Below are positions 35,328 to 46,245 of a stretch of 64,000 bases of DNA, in pieces. Position 1 is the stretch's first letter. Each line of letters starts with the position of its first letter. This stretch comes from a virus (Duplodnaviria > Caudoviricetes). A model generated the notes under the pieces. It made no database searches and was not told the origin of the DNA. It saw only the letters and a program-made list of their open reading frames with translations. Position numbers and translations under genes: made by a program. The stretch is from IMG/VR virus record IMGVR_UViG_3300030330_004772, positions 1-64,000 of that record; one strand, 5' to 3'.

Positions 35328-37076
35328 ATGGGACATTTATTAAATTCAGGTGAAGTTGGAAATATCGGACTTGAACACTTGAAACAAATCAGATCTAAAA
35401 CTATCGGAAAATGGGATTCATTAGGATTCTTAGATGGTTTAAAAGGTCACGTAAAAGAGAACATCGCTCAGTTATACGAAAACCAAGCTTCTTCATTATT
35501 AAATGAGGCTACTGATGCAAATTCATCAGGTTCTTTCGAAACTGTAGTTTTCCCTATCGTAAGAAGGGTATTCTCAAAATTATTGGCTAACGATATCGTA
35601 TCGGTACAAGCGATGAACATGCCAATTGGAAAATTATTTTATTTCGTACCAAAAACTTCTGGAAGAAATCATGCTCCACTTAACGGACCAGCACTTCCAG
35701 GTCAAGAATGTGTGTTCAGTGCATGTGCAGGAACACAACAATCAGAGTTCTTAGAAAAATCATTATATGATGTATTCTATAACGATGGTATGTTTGATGC
35801 ATCTAAAGGTACTGCTACACAAGTTCCTTATTCAACTACTAACCCAGTTATTGTAAGTGCTAACGGACAAACTGTTGCTACTGCATACGCAGATCAACCA
35901 GTTGCTGCTGATGGTTCAATCAGAAGCCTTACAATGTGTGTTACTGGATTTACTTCAACAGGTGCTGGAAGATTAACAGGTCCTGATGGAAACGAAATGG
36001 ATACGGAATCTTTCTTATCTTCATTAACAGTTATTGCTGATGATAATGTTGAAAACCCAGCAGGTGATATAGTTATTGCAGCGGGTGAGTCAATTCCATT
36101 TACCTTAACTGCACAAAAATACGGTAGAGGTATCGTTGATTACGGTGACATTTGTACTCCTGATGGATGTTTAATGATTACTGTTGATTTAACATCTCCT
36201 AACTGTGTTGACTGTAATGGAAGTTCTTTTGATGGTTACATCGGTGCTAAAAACGGTACTGAAACCACAGATTTAAATTTCTCTGCAGCATGGATGAGAT
36301 ACGAATCTTTAGAATTCGCAACTGAAATGGGAGAAGTTTCTTTCGAACTTGACGAAGTAGTTGTTTCTGTAACGGAAAGAAAATTAAGAGCAACTTGGTC
36401 TCCTGAACTAGCACAAGATGTTAGTGCATTCCATAACATTGATGCTGAAGCTGAATTAACGGCTTTATTATCTGAGCAAGTAGCAGCTGAAATCGATAGG
36501 GAAATTCTTAGAGATTTAAGAACTGGTTCAGCTTGGTCATTAAGATGGGATTATAACGGATGGAAAAGAGCTGCTGCAGGTGGTGGATTCAACGCTTATA
36601 CACAAAAAGAGTGGAATCAAACGTTAATTACTAAAATTAACCAATTATCTGCACAAATCCATAAATCAACTCTAAGAGGTGGTGCTAACTTTATCGTAGT
36701 TTCTTCTGAAGCTTCAGCGATATTTGATGATTTAGAATACTTCCACGTATCTAACGCAGCACCTGAGCAAGATCAATACAATATGGGTATTGAGAAAGTA
36801 GGTTCATTAGGAGGAAGATACACTGTATATAGAGATCCTTACGCACCAGCTAACTCAATCATTGTTGGACATAAAGGGAAGTCATTATTGGATACTGGGT
36901 ACATTTACGCACCTTACGTACCATTACAATTGACTCCAACGTTACAAAACCCATTCAACTTTGCACCAACTAAGGGTATCATGACTAGATACGCTAAGAA
37001 AATGGTTAATAACCGTTTCTATGGTACAGTAACAATTGATGGAGTTGTAACATTTGATACTAACTTATTAAGATAA
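35328..37076 (+). CDS. Major capsid protein (T4 gp23-like)
   Basis: LLNEA processing site; VQAMNMPIGKLFY; RKLRATWSPELAQD; EIDREI; YAPYVPLQ; GIMTRYA. Confidence 0.95.
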   Translation: MGHLLNSGEVGNIGLEHLKQIRSKTIGKWDSLGFLDGLKGHVKENIAQLYENQASSLLNEATDANSSGSFETVVFPIVRRVFSKLLANDIVSVQAMNMPIGKLFYFVPKTSGRNHAPLNGPALPGQECVFSACAGTQQSEFLEKSLYDVFYNDGMFDASKGTATQVPYSTTNPVIVSANGQTVATAYADQPVAADGSIRSLTMCVTGFTSTGAGRLTGPDGNEMDTESFLSSLTVIADDNVENPAGDIVIAAGESIPFTLTAQKYGRGIVDYGDICTPDGCLMITVDLTSPNCVDCNGSSFDGYIGAKNGTETTDLNFSAAWMRYESLEFATEMGEVSFELDEVVVSVTERKLRATWSPELAQDVSAFHNIDAEAELTALLSEQVAAEIDREILRDLRTGSAWSLRWDYNGWKRAAAGGGFNAYTQKEWNQTLITKINQLSAQIHKSTLRGGANFIVVSSEASAIFDDLEYFHVSNAAPEQDQYNMGIEKVGSLGGRYTVYRDPYAPANSIIVGHKGKSLLDTGYIYAPYVPLQLTPTLQNPFNFAPTKGIMTRYAKKMVNNRFYGTVTIDGVVTFDTNLLR

Positions 37077-37101
37077 TAATTAGTTATACAATTCAATTAT
37101 T

Positions 37102-37134
37102 AAAAGGGTGGAATTATTTCTACCCTTTTTTTTT
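37102..37134 (+). terminator. Intrinsic terminator after the MCP gene
   Basis: AAAAGGGTGGAA-TTAT-TTCTACCCTTTT plus T-run. Confidence 0.85.
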
Positions 37135-37169
37135 GTTTTAAAAGATATTTATTAGTATATTAGCACACT

Positions 37170-38060
37170 ATGAGAATTAAAAAGAAAAATATATTATTAG
37201 AATCCCTTTTAATTGATATAATTGGTGAATTTACACCACAAGAAAAGAAAATATTATCAGTATTACACAATAAATTTGGTATGGGATCTGGTAAAATAGA
37301 AAAATCTTGGAATTTTGATAAGTGGGCAGCAGCTGCATTTTTAATTGAGGAGTTTGAGTTACCGTATGATATAGCACATGATTTAGCATCTACGTACTTT
37401 TGGAATGGTGAAAAATTGTTTAATGAGTTTGAACCACTTAGGAAAAAAAATAATAGAAGTGACTTATTTATGAATCACGCATTTAGAGATATACTAGATG
37501 ACTACATTGAGTCAAACAAAACTGAAGATAATAATTTTTATCTAACAAATCCCGTAGAATATAACGTTAAAACTCAAAATGAAAGTGAGGTACTTCCCGG
37601 CATTATATATCAAAGTTTTCCACCAAGAAGTTATAAAGAATTGGAGGAGTCTAGAAAAGAAGCAAATGAAGTAAAATTATCTGTAAGACCTATGGTTTGG
37701 TCTACCTATAACGGTGTTATGTTATATATCCAACCTAGTCAAGAAGATATTATAGAACCAAAGGATATAGAGACTACTAGTTGGGATACGATGCGTAATA
37801 TGGGTCTAACTGCTGCAATACGATTAGATTATTATAAAGATGAAGATGAAAAATCTCAAAATTATCTTCAAGGTAAATGTGAATATAAATTTGGGCATGA
37901 GTATAAAGATGAGGGTATAATATGGAATGAGGACATAAAATTACCTGAAGTTTTATCTAAGGAAAAGGTTCATGAATTTATAGATATGTTACTAGAAAGA
38001 TTACGTTCTACACTTAATGGAATGACGTTTATTTATGGTAAAGGTGTAAAAGACGACTAA
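37170..38060 (+). CDS. Late hypothetical protein (MRIKKKNILLES leader)
   Basis: 296 aa; ATATTTAT at 37145. Confidence 0.75.
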   Translation: MRIKKKNILLESLLIDIIGEFTPQEKKILSVLHNKFGMGSGKIEKSWNFDKWAAAAFLIEEFELPYDIAHDLASTYFWNGEKLFNEFEPLRKKNNRSDLFMNHAFRDILDDYIESNKTEDNNFYLTNPVEYNVKTQNESEVLPGIIYQSFPPRSYKELEESRKEANEVKLSVRPMVWSTYNGVMLYIQPSQEDIIEPKDIETTSWDTMRNMGLTAAIRLDYYKDEDEKSQNYLQGKCEYKFGHEYKDEGIIWNEDIKLPEVLSKEKVHEFIDMLLERLRSTLNGMTFIYGKGVKDD

Positions 38061-38129
38061 ATGACGTAAATTCTGTCTTATATGTATATACATATAAGAC
38101 TGTTAAAAACCCCCTAAAATAGACTAAAA

Positions 38130-39536
38130 TCAGTGTAAATCGTCAACTTGATTGACAATATTGAACTCCATTTGATTGGTGTACGTCTTAACTTCTTGAT
38201 TTGATGTTAATTTTATATCGATATAGTATCTATTTGGTATCATCCATGAAGTATCTAATAAAAAGTAATTTTTAAGATATGCCATATTTACATCTTGCCA
38301 ATCTATAACATTCACTTGTGTATTACCTTCTCTTACCCATAATCTATATTGTAAATTATCTATCACTTCACTTTCATTGATAGTGTAAGGTATTCTAGCG
38401 GATACCATAACTTTTCTTATATCACCCCTTTTAATTTTTTCATCTCTTCTAATACCACTGATTGACATCACATATTCTACAGGTAATGATTCACTAGTAC
38501 CTATTTGGTAATACTCAGTATCGGATTTAATTTCAAAATCTAATTCTATATCATTTAATTGTACCCCATCTATTTTAATATCCCCCCAATTGTCAAAATA
38601 TAATACACCATCTTCTGCAGTAGGTGGTACAAATACATTTGCGTAATACACACCCTCCGTTGCTTGTATAGTTTGTCCTGTCGTAATTGCAGAATATACA
38701 ACACCATTATTATCTAAAATAGTAACACTAGGATTATTATCTAAATTTTTAGGTTCACCATTAACATTACTATAAAGATATAATCTATTAGTTCTATTTT
38801 TATAGAAATTTTTTCTATTGTCTTTGATTGGATTATTGTATACAGTTTCTAAAAATGGTTCATAATATGTTTGTGTGTGTCTAGTGAAAAACCCAACATA
38901 TTGTGCGGGTACAGTAACTAAATTTTCTAATTCATAATCAAATGATAACCCATAACCATTATTAGGTGTCCCACCAGTTATTAAATCATTTACCTCATCA
39001 GTAATATCCATTTCAATATTCTCATTACCTTTATCAAAATGTTGTGTTACTACAGTGTTTCCTGTTACACCCGTATATACACCATCTTCGTCCCATTCTG
39101 TAAGTGTAGTGGCATTATACCAATTACTAGCACTTTCAACAAAAGTAACATTATTATCACTTCCTTGTTGTATTTCAAATTTTTGATAGTCTAATCCAGT
39201 ACCTTCATCCCAAAATTGGTTTATACGAAATAAATTTAAATCAAAAGAAGAAGTTCTTTGTTTACCATCTAATAATTTTTGTGCCTGTAGATTTTGATCA
39301 AAATAAGAACTATTACACATTTTCAAGGTGTGTTTAACTTTAGAAAGATTACCTAATTTTCCTGCTTGATATCTTTCCTGTAAATCTAAAATATCAAAAT
39401 ACAATAAATGTCTCGTAAAATCTGCCATATTATTTTTACCTCCGTAAAATAATTCTGCGATTCTACTTCGTCCCGTGTTAACTTCACTATTATATATAAT
39501 TGTGTTATTTTTTTCTATGTACGTTCTTATTACCAT
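38130..39536 (-). CDS. Late beta-rich putative structural protein
   Basis: 468 aa; ATATTTAT upstream on the minus strand (39549-39556); adjacent to the baseplate spike gene. Confidence 0.6.
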   Translation of the reverse strand: MVIRTYIEKNNTIIYNSEVNTGRSRIAELFYGGKNNMADFTRHLLYFDILDLQERYQAGKLGNLSKVKHTLKMCNSSYFDQNLQAQKLLDGKQRTSSFDLNLFRINQFWDEGTGLDYQKFEIQQGSDNNVTFVESASNWYNATTLTEWDEDGVYTGVTGNTVVTQHFDKGNENIEMDITDEVNDLITGGTPNNGYGLSFDYELENLVTVPAQYVGFFTRHTQTYYEPFLETVYNNPIKDNRKNFYKNRTNRLYLYSNVNGEPKNLDNNPSVTILDNNGVVYSAITTGQTIQATEGVYYANVFVPPTAEDGVLYFDNWGDIKIDGVQLNDIELDFEIKSDTEYYQIGTSESLPVEYVMSISGIRRDEKIKRGDIRKVMVSARIPYTINESEVIDNLQYRLWVREGNTQVNVIDWQDVNMAYLKNYFLLDTSWMIPNRYYIDIKLTSNQEVKTYTNQMEFNIVNQVDDLH

Positions 39537-39557
39537 TTCTTTTTATTAATAAATATC

Positions 39558-40865
39558 TTAATTACTGTTAATGTTTTTATTTAATATACTATCTAAGTCA
39601 AATCTTAGGACATCTAGTTTAACTTCAGACGGATCTGCAGGTAAACCATTGTAATTATGAACATGTAAATTTACATAATTCCTCATTAATTCTAAAAATT
39701 CTACTAATTTATCCCCATAAACTAAAGGGTGTGCTTGACTATTTATTTCTTTCTGTTCATCATCTGTAATTAAACCTTTGGGGTTAGTTAAATCAAAAGT
39801 ATGTTCACCGTTATGACTTATTAAATTTATTTTATTGGCGACTACATTTACCACACTAGTTTTACTATCATTATTTGCAATAAATTTATTTTGTGTTACA
39901 ATTTTAGTAGATTTAACGGGATTAATTGAAAATATTGCAACATTGTTTGACGCATTAGGAAATTTATTTAATAAATCTGAAGCATTACTTCTAATAATCC
40001 ATTTACTACCTCTATTAAGTTTAATATAATTTTCTGCCGATAATATTGCAAGTTCTCTAGAATTCTGTCCTAAAAATTCTTGACTAATATTACTTACTTC
40101 TTTACCTGTTTTAATATTTCTAATTTTTATACCCAATACTGTTTTAGTAATATATGGACTTTTAAAAGATTCAGGAGGTAAGTCATTAGATAATGGTCCA
40201 TTTGCATTATATGTAATCATTTCTACAATAATAGATGTTTCTGGTTTTGGATCTACATAATTTACTACTTCTTTTGTTTCGGTAGTCCTTTTTAGTTTTT
40301 CACCACCATATTTTAATTGTATATAACCAATATCTTCAGTGTTAAATTTATTATTAGCACCCTCAATAAATTTACCCGCTCTTAACCATATTTGTCTATC
40401 TTTTTGAATTATATCAGTATTATATCTTCCCTGTAATACAATATCGTTTTCTCCTCCTCCATATGCACCAATTTCTAAATTTGGGTCTCTTAATTTAGTA
40501 TAACCATCAGGTAAAATTGCATTTGCTTCATCGGCAGGTTCTCCAGATAATTTAGTAGGTTGACTAATTAAGGGACCAATCCAAAACCTTTTAGTGTTAA
40601 AGGATGCATCTGGTGATGAATCTTTATGTTCTGATTGAAAAACAAATACTAATTCACCTACTTTAGGTATTACATTAAGAAATTTAGGTAATAGTGGGAC
40701 ACAATCTATAAGATTTTTAGTGGATTCTTTAGAATCTACACCAGTAATCCTTACTTTTAATAACCCAGCTTTATTGGAATCACTATTATCAACTACTTTT
40801 GCAATTTTTAATATGGGGATTACACCTTGATTTACACTATCATTATAATAATTATTTTTTGACAT
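39558..40865 (-). CDS. Baseplate hub/central spike protein (gp5/gpV OB-fold-like)
   Basis: IAKVVDNSD...GLLKVRI...VIPKVGELVFV...FWIG OB-fold pattern; C-terminal HVH tip motif. Confidence 0.7.
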   Translation of the reverse strand: MSKNNYYNDSVNQGVIPILKIAKVVDNSDSNKAGLLKVRITGVDSKESTKNLIDCVPLLPKFLNVIPKVGELVFVFQSEHKDSSPDASFNTKRFWIGPLISQPTKLSGEPADEANAILPDGYTKLRDPNLEIGAYGGGENDIVLQGRYNTDIIQKDRQIWLRAGKFIEGANNKFNTEDIGYIQLKYGGEKLKRTTETKEVVNYVDPKPETSIIVEMITYNANGPLSNDLPPESFKSPYITKTVLGIKIRNIKTGKEVSNISQEFLGQNSRELAILSAENYIKLNRGSKWIIRSNASDLLNKFPNASNNVAIFSINPVKSTKIVTQNKFIANNDSKTSVVNVVANKINLISHNGEHTFDLTNPKGLITDDEQKEINSQAHPLVYGDKLVEFLELMRNYVNLHVHNYNGLPADPSEVKLDVLRFDLDSILNKNINSN

Positions 40866-40866
40866 C

Positions 40867-41058
40867 TTATAACCCTTTATATCTTTTTATTATTTCTACA
40901 TTACCGTCATGATATTCTTTTTCAATATCTGAAAGTTTAGTTAGTAATTTATCTATTTGTTTTTTTAGAGATTTATGTTCATTACTAAGAACAATTAATT
41001 CTTCTTTAATTTTACTTGTTGGTAAATTACCCCATTTTATGTCTTTTACTTTTTCCAT
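40867..41058 (-). CDS. Small coiled-coil protein
   Basis: 63 aa, packed 1 bp from both neighbours. Confidence 0.65.
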   Translation of the reverse strand: MEKVKDIKWGNLPTSKIKEELIVLSNEHKSLKKQIDKLLTKLSDIEKEYHDGNVEIIKRYKGL

Positions 41059-41059
41059 A

Positions 41060-41458
41060 TTAACTTATTACTCCAAATCCTGACGCTGGTGTTGTTGTTG
41101 CCCCATTTGAGAATACGGGACCACCAGCATTTGCACCTGCTGCAGTAATGTTAGTACCTGGTGGTATGGCTATTTGTACTCTAGCATCTCTAATTAATGC
41201 TTCAACTATAACCTCTACCCTAATAGTTTCCATCATTAAATCTAAGTTATCTGCACCACTAGGTAAAGGACCAATAGGAATACCAATATCCTTCTTTCTT
41301 TTTATTATTTCACTTGCAATATCAATTGCGCTAAGTCCAGGTTTTGTTCTCGCAGCTAATACTGCAGGTACCGGTAAAGGTTTATTGGGAAGTGGGGGTG
41401 TAATAAACCCCTTTAAAATTCCCATAACTGTTTTTATTGCTCCCATTTCTGCCGCCAT
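41060..41458 (-). CDS. Pro/Gly/Ala-rich putative baseplate-associated protein
   Basis: 132 aa, in an operon with the spike gene. Confidence 0.6.
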   Translation of the reverse strand: MAAEMGAIKTVMGILKGFITPPLPNKPLPVPAVLAARTKPGLSAIDIASEIIKRKKDIGIPIGPLPSGADNLDLMMETIRVEVIVEALIRDARVQIAIPPGTNITAAGANAGGPVFSNGATTTPASGFGVIS

Positions 41459-41474
41459 AATTCATATTTTTTTT

Positions 41475-43115
41475 TTAATCACAAAAACGTCCTCTCTTAC
41501 CTCTTTGTAAATTTACGTTATTTAATGAGTTAAGATTTAACCTATCAGTAAATCCTTGTGCGTCCCCAACAATATCACCGGCTTTGCCCAATAATTGGTT
41601 AACCTCATCTAAAGCGTCTACTAACCCACCTGGTAATAAACTTTCTAAAGATAATCTATAATTAATACCCTTTTCTTTTAATTTTTTTGCAATATAACAT
41701 AAAACTATTTGTTTTAATGCATTAATTGCCATAGGTAGAAGATACTCATATATTATTTTTCTTATTATTTCTTTTAATATTTCTCCCAAAATACATTGTA
41801 AATTCTTTAAAAAACCTTTTATTCCTTCTTCATTAGGTAATGATTTTTTATTAACTAAATAAAACATTGTATTGAATAACATTAAATTTTTAGGGGATAA
41901 AACTAATTTAGTAAGTGCTATCTGAAGTGATTTAACAAAGTTATACCAAAACTCTCCATCTGCTGCAGTTTTTTCTATATCACTTACTTGTTCAGACGCT
42001 TCTTTTTGTAAATCTTCCATTGCAGTTGTCAATAAATCTATTTTTTCATTTATAACTCCACCCGCATTAACTAAATCGTCATTTAATGTTTTTAGTGTAT
42101 TAATTGAGACATCACTAGTTTGTTTTTTACAACACGTTTGGAATTGTATTCCACCATTTTTAATTCCATTTACCTTAGATTTAATATTAGTTATTTGTTC
42201 TGGTGTAAACTCATAAAAACTATCTTCTATAATAACTTCAGGATCATTTAAACCCACATTTATATAATCAGATATAGCCTCCTCAAATTCCACTTGTTTT
42301 ATAAGACATTGATCAGATAAATCTACTTCTTTTGTTAATGTACCAAAAATCAAATTTATAACGTTAGGTATTACTTTGTCTGCATCAAATAACGGGGTTA
42401 AACTATTAATATAATCATTAATAAAAGTTATAATCGATGTATTTTGGAAGGATGGATGTATTTGCATTTTAATGACTTCAGGTTTCGCGTTAGTAGTCTG
42501 TGGTACACCACCCTCAGTAAATGCAGTACTATCGTCTTCTAAGTAAGTAAAATACGCAATTTCTTGTCCTGTCACAGGATCTTTCCATATATCTGGTACT
42601 CCATTTAATTGTATTACATCCCATAAAAATACATTTAGATCATTAGATGAATTTCCATCATATCTTAATTTACCAACATCACTGTTGGGGTTCACTCCAA
42701 ATAAACATTCTAAATCTATCTTAGAAACTTCTATATTAATACCAGGACCACTACCATATAATAACCAATCAGGCATTAAAGGGGAAATTTTACATGCATA
42801 ACATTCTTTTAACCCTAACTTAATATTTAATGTGAGATTTTTTTCTAAGGGTCGAGTCTGTTCTACTAACCAATCTATAAGTTGCATTCTCATTTGATCA
42901 AAGTTTATACTATTTAATAAACTTATAACATCCATTAACAACTCTACTACTGCCTGTTTTGGGTTTATGGATGGGATAGAGGGTAAGGATAAATCAATAG
43001 TAGGTAAATTATTACAAGTGATTTTTTTTAATTGAATGAGCTCCAATATTTGTTGTTTTAATTGATCTATTGCATCATCTGGTTTACATACGGTATTTTT
43101 TAAATTTAAACTCAT
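41475..43115 (-). CDS. Large late hypothetical protein
   Basis: 546-aa ORF in a late operon. Confidence 0.75.
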   Translation of the reverse strand: MSLNLKNTVCKPDDAIDQLKQQILELIQLKKITCNNLPTIDLSLPSIPSINPKQAVVELLMDVISLLNSINFDQMRMQLIDWLVEQTRPLEKNLTLNIKLGLKECYACKISPLMPDWLLYGSGPGINIEVSKIDLECLFGVNPNSDVGKLRYDGNSSNDLNVFLWDVIQLNGVPDIWKDPVTGQEIAYFTYLEDDSTAFTEGGVPQTTNAKPEVIKMQIHPSFQNTSIITFINDYINSLTPLFDADKVIPNVINLIFGTLTKEVDLSDQCLIKQVEFEEAISDYINVGLNDPEVIIEDSFYEFTPEQITNIKSKVNGIKNGGIQFQTCCKKQTSDVSINTLKTLNDDLVNAGGVINEKIDLLTTAMEDLQKEASEQVSDIEKTAADGEFWYNFVKSLQIALTKLVLSPKNLMLFNTMFYLVNKKSLPNEEGIKGFLKNLQCILGEILKEIIRKIIYEYLLPMAINALKQIVLCYIAKKLKEKGINYRLSLESLLPGGLVDALDEVNQLLGKAGDIVGDAQGFTDRLNLNSLNNVNLQRGKRGRFCD

Positions 43116-43116
43116 A

Positions 43117-43506
43117 TTAATCTAAAGTATAGTCAGTATTAGATTTAGATTTTTTTTCGTTAAATAATTCTCTTAATAAACTTTTATCTGAATCAGTGAA
43201 GTTATTATTACTATCGTTACCAGATTTTTGTTCTGACTTATCGTCATTACCCACTATTTGTGTTTGTAATTTTGCTAACGCCAATTTCCTATCAATAGTT
43301 GCCTCAATAATTTTTAATGTATCATTGTTGACTTTACCAATTAATGATTCATCATTTACATCTTCTATCTCTGCCCTATTTTTACGTTCATTTAATTCTT
43401 TACGAGCACTATTCATTACGTTTACACAATCATTATATATTTCTTGCATAAATTCTTGTAAACTATCTTTATCTAAATTTATTTTAGTTTTCTTAGGTCT
43501 ACCCAT
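43117..43506 (-). CDS. Late coiled-coil hypothetical protein
   Basis: 129 aa; GTATTTAT variant motif upstream (43528-43535, minus strand). Confidence 0.7.
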   Translation of the reverse strand: MGRPKKTKINLDKDSLQEFMQEIYNDCVNVMNSARKELNERKNRAEIEDVNDESLIGKVNNDTLKIIEATIDRKLALAKLQTQIVGNDDKSEQKSGNDSNNNFTDSDKSLLRELFNEKKSKSNTDYTLD

Positions 43507-43551
43507 ATTAATAATGTTTTATACTATATAAATACTATTAAAGGTATTTTT

Positions 43552-44289
43552 TTAAAGTAAACCTTTATCTATTTTAAAGTTCTTAATAGCAATATATATT
43601 TTTTTATATCTCCTCATAGATACTCGAATATCTTTTGTAGTCAATCCAGAAATTTCTCTAATATAAGAAAGTATTAAATTTTTATTATATTTATTACCAC
43701 TTTCTACTTGTTCAAAAATAGTTTCCCAATTATCTAAAACCATAATTAATGCATTACCGACTAATTTTTCATTTTCAGATATCTTACCGTGTTCTATTTC
43801 TGCTTTTATATTTGATGATACTTCTTTGATAAATTCTTCTAATGGTGTTTTATCAACGTCTTCTAAATCGTATTGATAGTCATCCATTTCCTCCACTGTT
43901 TTATAAACATCGTCATAACACAAATCGGATTTCATTCTTTTATCTGCTTTTAATAATTGACCTAACAAATAATTTTTACAAATCGTACCAAAATAAGAAT
44001 AAGCTTTTTTACCTTCTTCCGGTCTGAACTTCTCCATTTTAGTAGCTAAAAAGGATAGTGTATCCGTATGAATATCCTCAAAAGTATCAGACTTACGATA
44101 TAATTTATAACGTCTAATGATAGACTCAATCATTTTATTTAGAGGGGCTCTAAGAAATTTATTATAAATTCTATTACGTTCATGATAGTCATCAGAATTT
44201 AAAAAAGCAACTACGGCTTTTTCCTCTTCTGGCCCAAAATACAAATTAGTTGTTCTTTTACGACCTCTTTTTTTAGGTTCTTCAGACAT
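43552..44289 (-). CDS. Phage sigma factor (T4 gp55-like, region 2-like core)
   Basis: LYF...E...; DIHTDTLSFLATKMEKFRPEEGKKAYSYFGTICKNYLL resembles sigma region 2 / gp55. Confidence 0.7.
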   Translation of the reverse strand: MSEEPKKRGRKRTTNLYFGPEEEKAVVAFLNSDDYHERNRIYNKFLRAPLNKMIESIIRRYKLYRKSDTFEDIHTDTLSFLATKMEKFRPEEGKKAYSYFGTICKNYLLGQLLKADKRMKSDLCYDDVYKTVEEMDDYQYDLEDVDKTPLEEFIKEVSSNIKAEIEHGKISENEKLVGNALIMVLDNWETIFEQVESGNKYNKNLILSYIREISGLTTKDIRVSMRRYKKIYIAIKNFKIDKGLL

Positions 44290-45087
44290 TTATACTGTTT
44301 CTAACTCATATGTTATTTCTCTATCTTCAGTGAAAAAATATTCTTTTTTTGCTTTATTAACCCAAAATTTACTTTCTAAAACGTCAATAGTATTCTTATA
44401 TTCAACAAATAAAGAACCTTCTCTATTATTTAAATGTTTATAGCCTAATTTAGGTATAACCATAACTGGTATATCTTGATATGTTAACCTTAATAAAAAC
44501 TCATATGTAAAAGTCAATTTCATGTTGGTTTTTAACCCACCGCATTCTTGATATGCAGTTTTTTTAATAACCATACCATCAAAATTAAAATTTTGCATTT
44601 TAACCAAAGTTTCATTATCTAAAAATCCCATTTCAGAAGAAACACCTTTAACCCAAACATTTTCATTAGTAAATGATAAGAAATTACCTTTTTCATCACT
44701 TTCAAAAATTATTGGTAAGAACGCACCTACTTCAGGAAATGAGTTGATATATGTGTTGGCGGAATTTAACCATATTTTAGATAATTCATCATCATATTCT
44801 AAAAAAGTAAAGTATTCTGATTCTACGTTATTTGCACCAAAATTTAACTGGTTTTGAAATGAGGTGTCTTTACTTTTATTCTCAATAACTCTTATTTTAT
44901 CTTTCACACCACCAAAATCAAAATCATCTAAAAAAGTTTTTAATTTTTTATCTTTTGACCTCACAATTAATATTTCAGAGGGTTCTAATGTTTGTTGTTC
45001 TACACTCAGTAATGCATTTTTTAAATATTTATCTAAATTTTTTTGTACCTTATGAATTGGTATAATTACAGTGATATTATTTGTCAT
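44290..45087 (-). CDS. GT-A fold glycosyltransferase (GT2-like)
   Basis: ITVIIPIH...QLNFGA...FLEYDDEL. Confidence 0.8.
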   Translation of the reverse strand: MTNNITVIIPIHKVQKNLDKYLKNALLSVEQQTLEPSEILIVRSKDKKLKTFLDDFDFGGVKDKIRVIENKSKDTSFQNQLNFGANNVESEYFTFLEYDDELSKIWLNSANTYINSFPEVGAFLPIIFESDEKGNFLSFTNENVWVKGVSSEMGFLDNETLVKMQNFNFDGMVIKKTAYQECGGLKTNMKLTFTYEFLLRLTYQDIPVMVIPKLGYKHLNNREGSLFVEYKNTIDVLESKFWVNKAKKEYFFTEDREITYELETV

Positions 45088-45109
45088 TTTTAATTATTTT
45101 TTTTATATA

Positions 45110-46234
45110 TTATTGGGTTACTTCTTCAGTAACTTTATTTTCTTCTCTTTTAATGATTGTTTCTAGTTCTTCAGTTCTTCTTGTAAATATTCCATTATAA
45201 ACCTCTTTTAAAATACCTTTAGATTCATCTTCACTAAATTGTAATTTCATTTCTTCCATTTTTTCTATAAGATTTTGTGGGATGGAGTCCTCAATATATA
45301 AACCAACCATAGTTGCAATTAAATCAGGTATAGAATTTAAATTTGCAGTCCATACACCGTTATCATTTAAATTAAGATTACCATTTTTATCTAAATTACC
45401 CATCCACTCAGGAACCATTCTAGGAATTTTACCTATAACAGGAGTATCGCTTTTCATACACTCAATTGGAAATGTACCAAAACTAGATAATTCATCTACC
45501 CACACACCTAAAAATGACTTACTTAATTCTTTTGCAAATTCTTTTCTAGACATACCAGACATATCCCTAAACGTTACAAACCTATATTGTGGATATTTTT
45601 GGAAGAATACTTTAACTATTTTTAAAAGTTCTCTATTATCCCTTACACTAATACTAACTGTTGGTATTTTAGGTTTGTCACTGTTTTTAAAATATGATGG
45701 TATACCTACTGGTATAATTTCAGTATTTAAATTATTAAACACACTATTTATATATTCTTTTAATGTGTTAGAAGTGGTTATAACCTCATTTATCCCAAAA
45801 TTTCCCCAACTTTCACCTATTTCTAACATCTCAAAGACATATTCATAAGACTGTAAAAATACTACTCTTTTACAAGGAAAATTAACAGTTTGTTTCATTA
45901 TACTAGCAAATGCTTCAGGTATAATTACAAAATCTTGAGGTCCTACTTGTAATTGTTGTGATTCAATAGAAACATGTGGAATTTCACCATATTCTTCACC
46001 TAACCAATCAGTAACACCCATACCTTCTTCATTACCTTTAAGTCTATAATCATTTTTATCATGTAAAATATGTGCATTATACCCTAAATCTAGTAATGTT
46101 TTTGCGTGTTCATAAATATTAGCAACTCCTGCAGTAGGATTACCTTTAGTATCAATAGTGAAAAAGTAGATACCAAAATTTTTATTGTTAATCTTCTCAA
46201 TAGAGTCTTTTAAATTTTTAATTTTTTCTTCCAT
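45110..46234 (-). CDS. GT-B-like glycosyltransferase
   Basis: GVANIYEHAK.L...G.NAHIL; EFAKELSKS...DELSSFGTFPIECMKSDTPVIG. Confidence 0.65.
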   Translation of the reverse strand: MEEKIKNLKDSIEKINNKNFGIYFFTIDTKGNPTAGVANIYEHAKTLLDLGYNAHILHDKNDYRLKGNEEGMGVTDWLGEEYGEIPHVSIESQQLQVGPQDFVIIPEAFASIMKQTVNFPCKRVVFLQSYEYVFEMLEIGESWGNFGINEVITTSNTLKEYINSVFNNLNTEIIPVGIPSYFKNSDKPKIPTVSISVRDNRELLKIVKVFFQKYPQYRFVTFRDMSGMSRKEFAKELSKSFLGVWVDELSSFGTFPIECMKSDTPVIGKIPRMVPEWMGNLDKNGNLNLNDNGVWTANLNSIPDLIATMVGLYIEDSIPQNLIEKMEEMKLQFSEDESKGILKEVYNGIFTRRTEELETIIKREENKVTEEVTQ

Positions 46235-46245
46235 TTTGTTTTTTT

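Noticed and set aside
27654-37076. Introns or inteins in terminase, portal or MCP
   Set aside because: All are continuous ORFs of plausible length, with no intein motifs (C1...HN/C,S,T) or interrupting endonuclease seen.
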